Assembly: GCA_947450095.1 (NCBI GenBank)
Contig: CANFUF010000006.1
Coordinates: 1,004-65,003, forward strand
Direction of reading: 5' to 3'
DNA: 64,000 nt
Source of the DNA: Roseiflexaceae bacterium
GTDB lineage: Bacteria; Chloroflexota; Chloroflexia; Chloroflexales; Roseiflexaceae
Below are positions 25,929-35,294 of the stretch, piece by piece (position 1 is the stretch's first letter; every line of letters begins with the position of its first letter). The notes beneath the pieces are model-generated. The model searched no databases. It was not told the origin of the DNA and worked only from the letters and a program-made list of their open reading frames with translations. A program made the translations under genes and the position numbers.

Positions 25929-28622
25929 TTAGGGAGTTTTGTAGGTGTAAATAGCACCAGTAGGGACGAGTTCGACGGCGTAATTGGTGGGTAACGGTTG
26001 AGCGGCGATGGCTGCGGCGACGGCTGCACTGTATTCGGGCGCCACAATCACCAAATCACTGCCGTTTTGACGCAGGTCATCCAAAAAGGGTTGCATGGCA
26101 TTGCCATCAATCCGCTGGATCACGAGTGTGGTGTTTGTGGCGTTTTGGAGTGTCAACGTATCTGCACTCTGTGATACCACCCGCCAGTCGCCACTTTGAC
26201 TCGTGAGAATGCTCTGATCACTGCCCTTGAGCGCTTCTGGTGCCATCAGATTGGCGAGTGTCGCTGGCAAACCAGGGATATAGGTAATGGTGATTTTGCT
26301 GGCTGATTTGGCTATAATACTGGCGAAGAAAGGGCAAAGCGATTGATTTTTTGATGGACAATTCGCAAACCAGCGCACATAATCTGTAGCGGACAGTGGT
26401 GTGCCGCTGCTCCACACAATCTTGCTGAAATCGACGGTACGACTCAGTTGATTGAGGCTGGTTGGCTGGGTGAGTGGGATAATCCCACGCTCATCATCGT
26501 ACGTGAGTGCGCCGGTGTCGAGTTGGACGGTATTGGAAATTAACTCACTCGCGTTTATCCACTTCCCTTTAGCTTTGATCGTGGTAACGAGCGGAGTTTG
26601 AATCAATGGCGCCACTAGTGATTCCCAATCTGAATCAATAAATTGATTGGCGGTTACTACCGCAACCGTGATGGCGTTTTTGTTGACACTGCGTTGGCTA
26701 AATTGGCTCAACAGCGATTTACTGGGGTCAATGTTGACCTCGGCAAACAGCGTCTGATTGCGAATCAATAGTTGTGTTTGGCGCATTACTGTCGTTTGTT
26801 GGGTACAGCTGTTGTTGAGTTGACAATCGAGCAACATACCGGCATTCGTACCAAATGGAGTCCGTAATACTCCTGCGCCATCGCCACATTGGGTTAGCGC
26901 TTGTTTAGGTGCAATGAATTGGGTATTAGTCGCTACGAGCAATTTGGTGATATCAATGCTGGTGCCGTAGCGATTGGCCAAATTGCCGTCGATGCTGGTG
27001 ACACGCAATGCTTTTTGGGCTGACGGGTTAAGCATCGGCCAGGCACTGGTGACGATACTATCGGCGTTGCAGGCGGGTAATACCACCACCGCAGTCGGTT
27101 GTGCGGTGGGCGCAGGGGCAGGCACATCGGTAGCTACGGGCACATCGGTGGGAATATCGGCAGGCACATCCGTTGCCACTACGACATTTGCCCCACTTGT
27201 AGTCACTGTGTTGTTGCTGGTGGTATTTGCAGATTGGAACAACGTAGACCCGATACCGCACATGCCGATGACTGCCCCAATCAGCACGATTTTGCCCAAG
27301 GTACTGCTCCAAATCCCCGCAATGGTCGAAACGATCCACGCCCACCATAAACCGCCACTCAGATTGCCCGACGGCACACTCAGTGGTGGTGCAGATTGTG
27401 GCGTCGTTTTTGCTGGGGGAATAACCGGAATCGCCGGCTTGGCAGCTGGGGGTGTCGCCTGGGGCGTCGACGCCTGCGGTACCCGGAATGTGGGCGTTGG
27501 CGCGGGGCTCCGGGTCGATACCGGTGCAGGCTGGTGGGTCACCGGCTTGCTTGGTGGTGTGGGCATGCTCAACGGCACTTGCATCTGCACCGTGGGCTGG
27601 TTAGGGGCGTTGGCCGGGCGCTTGCGTCGCCCTACGTTGTAATCGACTTCACAAATCACACATTTGCCGTCATCAGGGTACCAATGATCGGGATTATTGC
27701 CACATTGCACCAAGCGTGGTTCGATGAGCTCGATGGTATCGGCCCACTCTTTGGGGGTAGGGCGATTGTTGGTAGTCAAAAACGCCCGTTTGAATAAATT
27801 TTGCAGGGTTGCGGGCAACGAATCAATCGGTGGTGCTGCCTTCGGTGGCGCAAATTGTGGGTTGGTTACATACGGAAATATATTTTGTTTAATGCAATGG
27901 ACATGTACTTGCTCACCAGTCGTTGTCCCAGACAACGGCCGTCCTGCAAAGGGGTGGAATCCCTGCATCAGCAATTGAAACGTCAATACCGCCAAGCCAA
28001 AGGCATCGTTGTTGGCAGTGCGATCGACTTTGGCGAAATCTTTGCCTTGGAGTTCTGGTGAGGTATATTCGGGGATGCCGACGAGACAGCGATGTACTAC
28101 GTGTTTGGCATCAGTTACCTGCATCGAATCGCAATCGACCACCGTAATCAGTGCTTGATCGTTAAATAAGGCATTGCGGAAGTTGACGTCGCCAATCACA
28201 TACCCTTTGCGATGGATGGCTGCCATCGCCAACGCCAAATTTCGCGCCGAGCGGTACAAGTGGCGATGGTTCAAGTCGGGGTGTTGTTGGGCTCGTTGTT
28301 GCGGTTGCAACAAATCATACAAATCGTCAGATTTGGGGATTTTGGGCATTATATAGCCCATAAAAGTATTGCCGTTATACAGCACCGCCTCGGGCCAGGC
28401 AATCGACACATGGTTGAATTTGGCGCGAGTTTCATCGTCGGGTGGGTCGGCCACCATGGCGGTAACTTTGGCCTCTAAGGCGGCGTCGAGCCGATGGGCG
28501 TGGTAGATTTTGGCGACCATGGTGGGCTGCCCAACCACATCAAACACCGCACCTTCGCCACCAACTCCCAATTGGGAGCCGGTGGTGATGGTTTGACCTT
28601 TGTCAGTCCGAAAACGTGGCAT
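25929..28622 (-). CDS. YegI-like Ser/Thr protein kinase with zinc-ribbon, Pro-rich linker, hydrophobic anchor and SBP-like C-terminal domain
   Basis: LGVGGEGAVFDV...VAKIYH, VIGDVNFRNALF, VDCDS, PEYTSPELQ and NDAFGLAVLTFQLL resemble E. coli YegI. C..H..C..C element (CGNNPDHWYPDDGKCVIC). ~40-aa hydrophobic stretch. C-terminal Cys-containing domain with SGTPLSATDYVRWF. Confidence 0.8.
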   Translation of the reverse strand: MPRFRTDKGQTITTGSQLGVGGEGAVFDVVGQPTMVAKIYHAHRLDAALEAKVTAMVADPPDDETRAKFNHVSIAWPEAVLYNGNTFMGYIMPKIPKSDDLYDLLQPQQRAQQHPDLNHRHLYRSARNLALAMAAIHRKGYVIGDVNFRNALFNDQALITVVDCDSMQVTDAKHVVHRCLVGIPEYTSPELQGKDFAKVDRTANNDAFGLAVLTFQLLMQGFHPFAGRPLSGTTTGEQVHVHCIKQNIFPYVTNPQFAPPKAAPPIDSLPATLQNLFKRAFLTTNNRPTPKEWADTIELIEPRLVQCGNNPDHWYPDDGKCVICEVDYNVGRRKRPANAPNQPTVQMQVPLSMPTPPSKPVTHQPAPVSTRSPAPTPTFRVPQASTPQATPPAAKPAIPVIPPAKTTPQSAPPLSVPSGNLSGGLWWAWIVSTIAGIWSSTLGKIVLIGAVIGMCGIGSTLFQSANTTSNNTVTTSGANVVVATDVPADIPTDVPVATDVPAPAPTAQPTAVVVLPACNADSIVTSAWPMLNPSAQKALRVTSIDGNLANRYGTSIDITKLLVATNTQFIAPKQALTQCGDGAGVLRTPFGTNAGMLLDCQLNNSCTQQTTVMRQTQLLIRNQTLFAEVNIDPSKSLLSQFSQRSVNKNAITVAVVTANQFIDSDWESLVAPLIQTPLVTTIKAKGKWINASELISNTVQLDTGALTYDDERGIIPLTQPTSLNQLSRTVDFSKIVWSSGTPLSATDYVRWFANCPSKNQSLCPFFASIIAKSASKITITYIPGLPATLANLMAPEALKGSDQSILTSQSGDWRVVSQSADTLTLQNATNTTLVIQRIDGNAMQPFLDDLRQNGSDLVIVAPEYSAAVAAAIAAQPLPTNYAVELVPTGAIYTYKTP

Positions 28623-28651
28623 TTCGTTCCCTTGTTGCTACCGATGCAAAA

Positions 28652-29215
28652 CTATAGGTAGCCATTCACAATCATGTCGAGGCGACCAGTATCTGGGTGG
28701 ATGACTAACCCGTGGACAGGCACATCTTTGGGTAGTAGCGGGTGATTTTTGATAATCGATACGGTGCTCCGCACACTCGCTTCGACGTTGTCAAAGCCTT
28801 TGAGCCATGACTCGAAATCAATCCCGGCATAGCGCAAGGTGTTGATGGTATCGTGCGAAATCCCGCGCTCGTGGGCGAGTGTCAATATTTGTTGTGGGTC
28901 AATGGTGCCCATACCACAATCGTGATGGGCGACTACGCAGATTTCTTCGGCGCGCAGACTATACACGGCCACGAGCAGACTCCGCATCACCGATCCCCAC
29001 GGGCTAGTGACCAAGGCGCCGGCGTTTTTGATGATTTTGGCGTCGCCGTTTTTGATGCCCATTGCTTTGGGCAACAATTCGACCAAGCGCGCATCCATAC
29101 AGGCCAGTACAGCCAATCCTTTGTCGGGGAAGCGATCGTCGGTTTGGAATTGTTCATATGACCGTGATGCCACAAACGACTGATTATGCGCCAACAACGA
29201 ATCCAGTAAGTTCAT
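28652..29215 (-). CDS. Beta-class carbonic anhydrase
   Basis: Zinc ligands in CMDAR and HHDCGM. 187 aa. 29 nt upstream of the kinase gene. Confidence 0.85.
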   Translation of the reverse strand: MNLLDSLLAHNQSFVASRSYEQFQTDDRFPDKGLAVLACMDARLVELLPKAMGIKNGDAKIIKNAGALVTSPWGSVMRSLLVAVYSLRAEEICVVAHHDCGMGTIDPQQILTLAHERGISHDTINTLRYAGIDFESWLKGFDNVEASVRSTVSIIKNHPLLPKDVPVHGLVIHPDTGRLDMIVNGYL

Positions 29216-29359
29216 GATGATACATTTCTAGGATGCATGAGCGGATGAGTAGATGCACCTTTGGGTAGTATACCAATTTGCATTGACAAATGAATAACCC
29301 TGATACGTTGGGCAGATGAATATGACATGGTGCCGCCGACATGCCAGTGATAGCGAGTA

Positions 29360-30013
29360 TTAATTTCCCTCAGCTTCGCGTTGGGCTAGTTCTGCTTCGA
29401 GATAGGTGCGTAATCGCAGGTGAATCGGTTCTGCCAGGAATCGCCGTATGGTATCGGTGGTGTGGGTCTGGCCAGGGCGCATAATCCGATGTGCGTCGAC
29501 GATGCGAATACCAGGGCGATGATAGGGCTGGTACGCCACCGCATCGCCGGCTTGGATTGTACCCGGCACGATGACACGGCAGTAGAATCCGGGGCGATCG
29601 GCAGCAAAGAATCGTTTGACGAACTGGTTGTCATCCATGCGGGCATTTAATGACTCGCAGGGCGTACGCGGTGCGGTGACTTCGAGTACCACTTCGCCAA
29701 TGCTGAGCCGGTCGCCAATGGTGAAGGATGCGCTTTCGAGATTGGAGATCGTGAGATTTTCGCCGAATATCCCATTTGGTAAGGCATAGCCGAGTTCTTG
29801 TGCGAATGCATCGTAATCGGGCCGGCCATAGACATAGACGGCTTGGTCGACGCCGCCATGGTTTTGGGTGTTGACAATGATATCACCACTGACCCCGGTG
29901 ACGGTGATTTGTACTGGACCGACCGTTGGCGTCTTGAAGATGCCCGACGTGCGACTGGGATTGTGGGGGTCGAGCGGTTGGGCACGACCGATGTTGATAC
30001 TCAATACCTGCAT
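29360..30013 (-). CDS. MOSC domain protein (YiiM-like)
   Basis: GDIIVNTQNHGGVDQAVY, GENLTISNL and EVTAPRTPCESL (conserved MOSC Cys). 20 nt after the PP2C gene. Confidence 0.85.
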   Translation of the reverse strand: MQVLSINIGRAQPLDPHNPSRTSGIFKTPTVGPVQITVTGVSGDIIVNTQNHGGVDQAVYVYGRPDYDAFAQELGYALPNGIFGENLTISNLESASFTIGDRLSIGEVVLEVTAPRTPCESLNARMDDNQFVKRFFAADRPGFYCRVIVPGTIQAGDAVAYQPYHRPGIRIVDAHRIMRPGQTHTTDTIRRFLAEPIHLRLRTYLEAELAQREAEGN

Positions 30014-30033
30014 TGGAATAGTTTCCTCTGTGA

Positions 30034-30855
30034 TTAGTGTTCACGCAAGGCCAACACAAGGGTCATGTCGTCGTCGCTTTTTTGGCGGAAACGGGGCGTG
30101 TCGAGTAGTTTTTGCATTGAGACATCGGTATCTGCCAAATCCAAGGTACGCAGCCATTGGATAATCGGCCGGAAAAACCCGTCGTAGGCTTCGCCCGTTT
30201 TGTAGTTGATACACATGGGTTGCACGCCATCGCTCATCAATGCCACACCCCGCAACGCTTCGGCTTTGTGGTTAAAGCGCAAATGGGTCAGGTAATCACT
30301 ACTCGTGAGTGGCATGGTCACATTGATGAATTCACCGTTATCTGGGGTGCTCAACGTACGTGTGCCCTCGTCATCAAATATACCAACCACTGCACCATCA
30401 CCAATATGCATGACGACCCAATCATTGGGCGTCACTACCGCCACCAGCAAAGTACAGGCAAAATCACGGAGTTCTTTGTGTTCGGCAGTGGCACGCACCC
30501 CCACGGCATCGCGGGCAATCGTAAAGGCCGTACGACAGACCGTTTCGAGGGTGTCTGGCTGGGGTTGGATTTTGGGCTCCGGTTTGTCTGAGAATGGCCA
30601 CCATTGAAAGCGTTTTTTGGGGGGCTTGAGTGAATCGAAATAATTTGCGATATGGGTGACAGCCTGTTCACTGGCGATTTTGGAACCCACTTCGGAATGG
30701 GCTGCCGAACCGAGTCCGTCTGACACCGCAACAATCAACGTGTCACCGATTTGCATGACATAATGACTGTCTTGACACGGCATATTGGCGCCGATATGGC
30801 CGGTGCCGATAATTGAAGCTTTGGCAATGCGCCAACTCATGATGTGTCCATTCAT
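30034..30855 (-). CDS. PP2C-family Ser/Thr protein phosphatase (YegK/PphC-like)
   Basis: GTGHIGANMPCQDS, VAVSDGLGSA and ALMSDGV metal-binding Asp motifs. Start at ATG 30855, 9 nt after GGGAGG; the track ORF starts at TTG 30864. Confidence 0.8.
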   Translation of the reverse strand: MNGHIMSWRIAKASIIGTGHIGANMPCQDSHYVMQIGDTLIVAVSDGLGSAAHSEVGSKIASEQAVTHIANYFDSLKPPKKRFQWWPFSDKPEPKIQPQPDTLETVCRTAFTIARDAVGVRATAEHKELRDFACTLLVAVVTPNDWVVMHIGDGAVVGIFDDEGTRTLSTPDNGEFINVTMPLTSSDYLTHLRFNHKAEALRGVALMSDGVQPMCINYKTGEAYDGFFRPIIQWLRTLDLADTDVSMQKLLDTPRFRQKSDDDMTLVLALREH

Positions 30856-30905
30856 TGTAGCCAACCTCCCATGCGTATATTACACATGGGAGGTTGCAAA
30901 ATTTA

Positions 30906-31565
30906 TTAGACCGTGGTCCAGCCTTCGGGTGGGGTCAACGGTACTTGTTGACCTGGTTGTGATTGCGACACTTTGCCGAGGCTGGCCGACAACCAGACAA
31001 ACATTTCGCGGAACGAATAGCCTTTGAGGGGCAACGGTGGCCGGGTCGACAATTGTTTGAGGACTTCCATGTCGGCACCTTCGACTCCTACCGAGAAGAA
31101 GGCTACGCCCTTGCGGGATTCTTCATCTTTAATCCGGACGGCGGCACTTTTCCAGGCATCGTTGTCGGTGGGGGCGCCATCGGTAATCAAAAAGATCCAT
31201 GGGCGATAGTAGGGAGTGCCATTATCGCGGTAGAGTTTTTTGCGCATGGTAATCATGTCAAGCGCTTGTTGCAAGGCGGCACCGAGGGGGGTATCGCCAC
31301 TGGCACTCAAGGTGGGGGGATTGAATTGGCTGGCACTGCTAAAGTCTTGGAGTAATTGGGCTGGCCCAAAGGTCACGATGGCGATTTCGACCCGTGATTG
31401 GGCCACACTGTCGGTCTGCAATGAATCACGGAAGGCGGCTAAGCCTTGGTTGAGCTGGTCGATTTTTTCACCGTGCATTGAACCCGACGTGTCGAGTACG
31501 AGCACACAGGCACAGCGTGGATCGGGGTTGGTTGGGTCAAATGAGACATCTGGTAAGTTCGTCAT
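30906..31565 (-). CDS. von Willebrand factor A domain protein (YegL/TerY-like)
   Basis: MIDAS motif VLDTSGSM. TerY/YegL-like N-terminus (PDPRCACVLVLDTSGSMHGEKIDQLNQGL), LITDGAPTD. 219 aa. Confidence 0.8.
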   Translation of the reverse strand: MTNLPDVSFDPTNPDPRCACVLVLDTSGSMHGEKIDQLNQGLAAFRDSLQTDSVAQSRVEIAIVTFGPAQLLQDFSSASQFNPPTLSASGDTPLGAALQQALDMITMRKKLYRDNGTPYYRPWIFLITDGAPTDNDAWKSAAVRIKDEESRKGVAFFSVGVEGADMEVLKQLSTRPPLPLKGYSFREMFVWLSASLGKVSQSQPGQQVPLTPPEGWTTV

Positions 31566-31746
31566 TGTAGACGTGCTCCTCTATACATATAGTTTCAAAC
31601 AACGACACAAAATAATCCGGTGGCATAATTCCGTACATCTAGACGTCATGCCGGTGGCGATAGTTGCAGTTGGTGTGTGTATTCTCCGTCATAATAGAGT
31701 AGTATACATTATTGCGTTGTAATGATGACGTTGTTATGGAGGAACC

Positions 31747-32532
31747 ATGTTCGATAAACTGATTCAGTCGATTAAAGCGGGCATTCAAGATGCCCAAGAG
31801 CTCGAAGCGGTGCGCCAATTATTTGTGCAAGCAATTTCTGATATGACCCTCGATGTCAACGAAATGGGCAAGCTTTACCGCGAAATAACCTCGCACGGGT
31901 TTAGTGCCGAACAAATCCACGAACTTGGCGTGTATGCCTTGCGCGATGTGATTCAGCGCGCCAAAAGCGATGGCCGCGTCGACGACGCCGAAATGCAATT
32001 GATTCAACAAATCGTGACCTTGACAAATGTCCCCAACGAAACCCTCGGTGAATTGTTGAGCGTGTTGTTTGTGCAACGCCGACTGTATGAAGTCAGCCAA
32101 GGGCGTTTGACGCCGATTACTGTCACTGGGTTGAATTTGTACGCCAATGAAAAAGCGTATTGGGCGGAGCCATGTACGTTATATGAAAATAAAATGGTGC
32201 GCCGTGAAACGGTGGGGCGGAGCCACGGCGTCAGTCTGCGCATCATGCGCGGCGTGAGTTACCGGATTGGTGGCTCAAAAGGGCAATCAATGCCGATTTA
32301 TGAAGATGTGGCCGTGGCCCAAGGGCAGTTGATTTTTACCAATCAACGCGTGGTGTTCAAAGGTGATCGCCGCACAATGATGGTGATGCTCAAAGATGTC
32401 ATCGGTGCTGACCCCTACACGAACGCCATCGTGATTCACACCAACACATCCAAGCAACCACTCAACTTCCACTATGTGCGCCCCGAATCAGCCGAGTTGG
32501 TCGCCCAGATTTTGACGCAACTCTTGGCGTAG
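31747..32532 (+). CDS. Hypothetical two-module protein: TerB-like helical N-terminus plus PH/GRAM-like beta-rich C-terminus
   Basis: AKSDGRVDDAEMQLIQQIV resembles the TerB acidic motif. The C-terminus (EKAYWAEPCTLYE...GQLIFTNQRVVFKGD) resembles bacterial PH-like domains. GGAGG precedes the ATG. The function call is weak. Confidence 0.5.
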   Translation: MFDKLIQSIKAGIQDAQELEAVRQLFVQAISDMTLDVNEMGKLYREITSHGFSAEQIHELGVYALRDVIQRAKSDGRVDDAEMQLIQQIVTLTNVPNETLGELLSVLFVQRRLYEVSQGRLTPITVTGLNLYANEKAYWAEPCTLYENKMVRRETVGRSHGVSLRIMRGVSYRIGGSKGQSMPIYEDVAVAQGQLIFTNQRVVFKGDRRTMMVMLKDVIGADPYTNAIVIHTNTSKQPLNFHYVRPESAELVAQILTQLLA

Positions 32533-32958
32533 CGCCGGCGTGGCGGGATTGGCGACATCGGCGAGGCTGGTATGATCAAGGATGTCGCTAATCGCATTGC
32601 GCACATTGCCCATCACCGCACGCAACTGGCAGGTGGCTTCGTCAGGGCAATTACATGGCTCATATGCCATTTGCGATACACAGCCGATGGGGGCGAGTGG
32701 GCCATCGAGGATGCGTACGATTTTGCCGAGCGTGATTTCTTGGGCGGGTTTGGCCAAATAATAGCCGCCACCAATTCCCATTTTGCTATGGAGCAAGCCG
32801 GCGTTTTTGAGCGACAACATGATTTGTTCGAGGAATTTAATCGGAATATGTTCGGCTGTGGCAATGCCTTTGATTTGCATCATCGGTGATTTGGCTGGGG
32901 CACTCGCCAACAAAATCATTGCCCGTAACCCGTATTCTCCGCGCTTCGAGAGTCGCAT
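32488..32958 (-). CDS. Rrf2 family transcriptional regulator
   Basis: MRLSKRGEYGLRAMILLA...FLEQIMLSLKNAGLLHSKMGIGGGYYLA, with a Cys cluster CVSQMAYEPCNCPDEATC. Confidence 0.85.
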   Translation of the reverse strand: MRLSKRGEYGLRAMILLASAPAKSPMMQIKGIATAEHIPIKFLEQIMLSLKNAGLLHSKMGIGGGYYLAKPAQEITLGKIVRILDGPLAPIGCVSQMAYEPCNCPDEATCQLRAVMGNVRNAISDILDHTSLADVANPATPALRQELRQNLGDQLG

Positions 32959-33029
32959 GGCATATTCCCACTATTAATCAAAACTCTACCGACATTGTAT
33001 ACCATTTTGTTTGGCAACAATCGGGCAGC

Positions 33030-33064
33030 AAAAAACCACCCACAGGCATAATGCCCGTGGGTGG
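33030..33064 (-). terminator. Rho-independent terminator after the Gfo/Idh/MocA gene
   Basis: On the minus strand: ccacccacgggc, loop attat, gcctgtgggtgg (one mismatch), followed by T6. Confidence 0.7.
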
Positions 33065-33076
33065 TCGCGTTGTGTT

Positions 33077-34117
33077 TTAGAGTGTGATGGCGTGACCAGC
33101 GGCGGCGCTCCGATAAATCGCATCGACGATATCGGTGACCTGCAAGGCTTGTTCGGCCAGCACATTGGGAGTGCCGCCGTTTTTGATGGCATTGACAAAG
33201 TCGGCTGCTTGGCCGATGCCCGGCTCTTCGTTTTCTTTTTCCATCCAGTCGGGCACCCAATGCGTCAACATGCCGTGTTGGGCTTTGTTGACCTTGAGCG
33301 GGAAGACGTCGAGTCCGGCTTCGGTGCCCGACAACGAAATCGTCTCTTTTGATTCGGGCACATTCAAGGCCCACGAACATTCGAGGAGCATCGACGCGCC
33401 GTTTTCGAAGCGCACAAAGGCCGCCACTTGGTCTTCGACGGTGAATTCTTGGTAATTCCACTGCCCCCACGGATTGACGTTGGGCTTGGTGCCGAGGTGT
33501 TGTGACAAGGTGGCACTGACTTCGATGGGCTTGGGGTTGCCCAACAAATACAACGCCGTATCGAGGGTATGCACGCCAAAGTCAATCATGGCGCCGCCCC
33601 CTTGGATATGCTTGTGTACAAACGAACCCCATGACGGGATACCGCGGCGGCGCAAGGCATTGACCCGCACCATGTAGACATGCCCCAATTCGCCGCTATC
33701 GATGATTTGTTTGGCGGCTTTGACGGGGGTGCGATGGCGATAGTGGAAGCCCACGGTCAAGATTTTGTGGTTGGCCTTGGCGGCCGCAATCATCGCCCGC
33801 CCTTCGACTGGGTCGAGCGCCATCGGCTTTTCACACAACACATTGATGCCCTTATTGAGGGCCGAAATCGCCGCGGGGGCATGGAATTTGTTGGGGGTAC
33901 AGATGACCACGCCGTCGAGCTGCTCTTTGGCAAACATTTCTTCGTAGTCGCTATAGCGTCCGGCAATCCCAAATTGATTGCCCACTTCGGCCAACGATGC
34001 CGCTACTGGATCTGAGGCCGCCACCAAATCAACATCAGGATTGGCTTGGAAGCTGGGGATGTGGCGGTTGCGGGCAATGCCGCCGGTACCGACAATTCCG
34101 ATACGTACTTTGCTCAT
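33077..34117 (-). CDS. Gfo/Idh/MocA family NAD(P)-dependent oxidoreductase
   Basis: MSKVRIGIVGTGGIARNRHIPS Rossmann N-terminus and an EKP motif (CEKPMA). Start at ATG 34117. Confidence 0.85.
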   Translation of the reverse strand: MSKVRIGIVGTGGIARNRHIPSFQANPDVDLVAASDPVAASLAEVGNQFGIAGRYSDYEEMFAKEQLDGVVICTPNKFHAPAAISALNKGINVLCEKPMALDPVEGRAMIAAAKANHKILTVGFHYRHRTPVKAAKQIIDSGELGHVYMVRVNALRRRGIPSWGSFVHKHIQGGGAMIDFGVHTLDTALYLLGNPKPIEVSATLSQHLGTKPNVNPWGQWNYQEFTVEDQVAAFVRFENGASMLLECSWALNVPESKETISLSGTEAGLDVFPLKVNKAQHGMLTHWVPDWMEKENEEPGIGQAADFVNAIKNGGTPNVLAEQALQVTDIVDAIYRSAAAGHAITL

Positions 34118-34189
34118 CTGTATTCCCTTTACTTGCGTAATTTGACTGCCTGCCAAATCATAGTGCCAAATATGTCACCCGTCAACAGA

Positions 34190-34552
34190 TTACCCCGTCG
34201 CCACCACCCGGTGGATGAGCACTGCTGTTACCACCAACGCAAAAAACCAAAACCGGGCCCGTTGGCTGATGGGCAATCCCCGTTGGAGATACCACATCAC
34301 CAGCGCCGGCCCAAAAATCAACCCGCCATACAAGATATGCAACCCCGAGAGCTGCGGCGCTTGCGGTGCCATCAATCCCCCAATGATGGCATTGCTCGCG
34401 AGCAATAGCCACATGATGGCCATCGCCGCCGTACTTACCGGACTCACATCACGCTGACGCCACCAATCCATGGACACACTCGCCAGCGCCACAAACAATA
34501 CGGTTACACTGGTAATAAGGAGGCGCTGATGCAAACTGATGAGATGATTCAT
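34190..34552 (-). CDS. Hypothetical 4-TM membrane protein
   Basis: 120 aa with four hydrophobic segments. No family recognised. Confidence 0.5.
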   Translation of the reverse strand: MNHLISLHQRLLITSVTVLFVALASVSMDWWRQRDVSPVSTAAMAIMWLLLASNAIIGGLMAPQAPQLSGLHILYGGLIFGPALVMWYLQRGLPISQRARFWFFALVVTAVLIHRVVATG

Positions 34553-34561
34553 TTGCGTCCT

Positions 34562-35227
34562 TTAGTTTGTCGTCACAACTAATCCATGGGCACTTGGGCA
34601 GTGTTGCATGAGCGGGCACTTGGTACATTGTGGGCTACGGGCATGACAAATCAAGCGCCCTAACTGGATGAAGTGCATATGAAAGGCATATTTGCGCTCA
34701 TTTGGTACCAGTTGTTCTAACAATTGTTGGGCTTTGACGGGGTTTTGGGTATCAACCAGCCCCAGCCGGTAGGCCACCCGGCCGATATGGGTATCGACGG
34801 GCACTACCGGCATCCCAAAGGCAAACAACAACACGCAGGCGGCGGTTTTGGGGCCAATGCCGGGGTGGTCAGTCAGCCAGGTTTGGGCTTCGTTTGGCGT
34901 CATTTGTGCCAAAAAATCCAACGAATAAACGCCGTAATCGCTGGCTAAATGCTGCAATACGGTCTGGATGCGCGGCGCTTTGCTGTCGGCCAAGCCTGCC
35001 ACCCGAATCACCTGGGCTAATTCGTACACGGAGGCGTCGCACACCTCTTCCCATGTGGGGTAGGTGCGTTTGAGCTCGCGAAAGGCCCGACCACTATTGC
35101 GGTCGGTGGTGTTTTGCGACAAAATCGTCAGCACCAATTCGTCGAGGGCATCGCGCCCTGCCCGCCACTGACGGGTGCCATAGAAACTATCGAGGATATC
35201 AAGATATTGAGTGAGCGAATTATGCAT
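34562..35227 (-). CDS. Endonuclease III-like HhH-GPD base-excision repair protein with [4Fe-4S] cluster loop
   Basis: HhH GIGPKTAACVLLFAFG, catalytic-region VDTH, and C-x6-C-x2-C-x5-C (CHARSPQCTKCPLMQHC). Confidence 0.8.
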   Translation of the reverse strand: MHNSLTQYLDILDSFYGTRQWRAGRDALDELVLTILSQNTTDRNSGRAFRELKRTYPTWEEVCDASVYELAQVIRVAGLADSKAPRIQTVLQHLASDYGVYSLDFLAQMTPNEAQTWLTDHPGIGPKTAACVLLFAFGMPVVPVDTHIGRVAYRLGLVDTQNPVKAQQLLEQLVPNERKYAFHMHFIQLGRLICHARSPQCTKCPLMQHCPSAHGLVVTTN

Positions 35228-35294
35228 TAATCTTTACCGTAACAAGAATTCACCGTATAATTGTATATCCACTTCAATCGATCCGAGGCACCCT

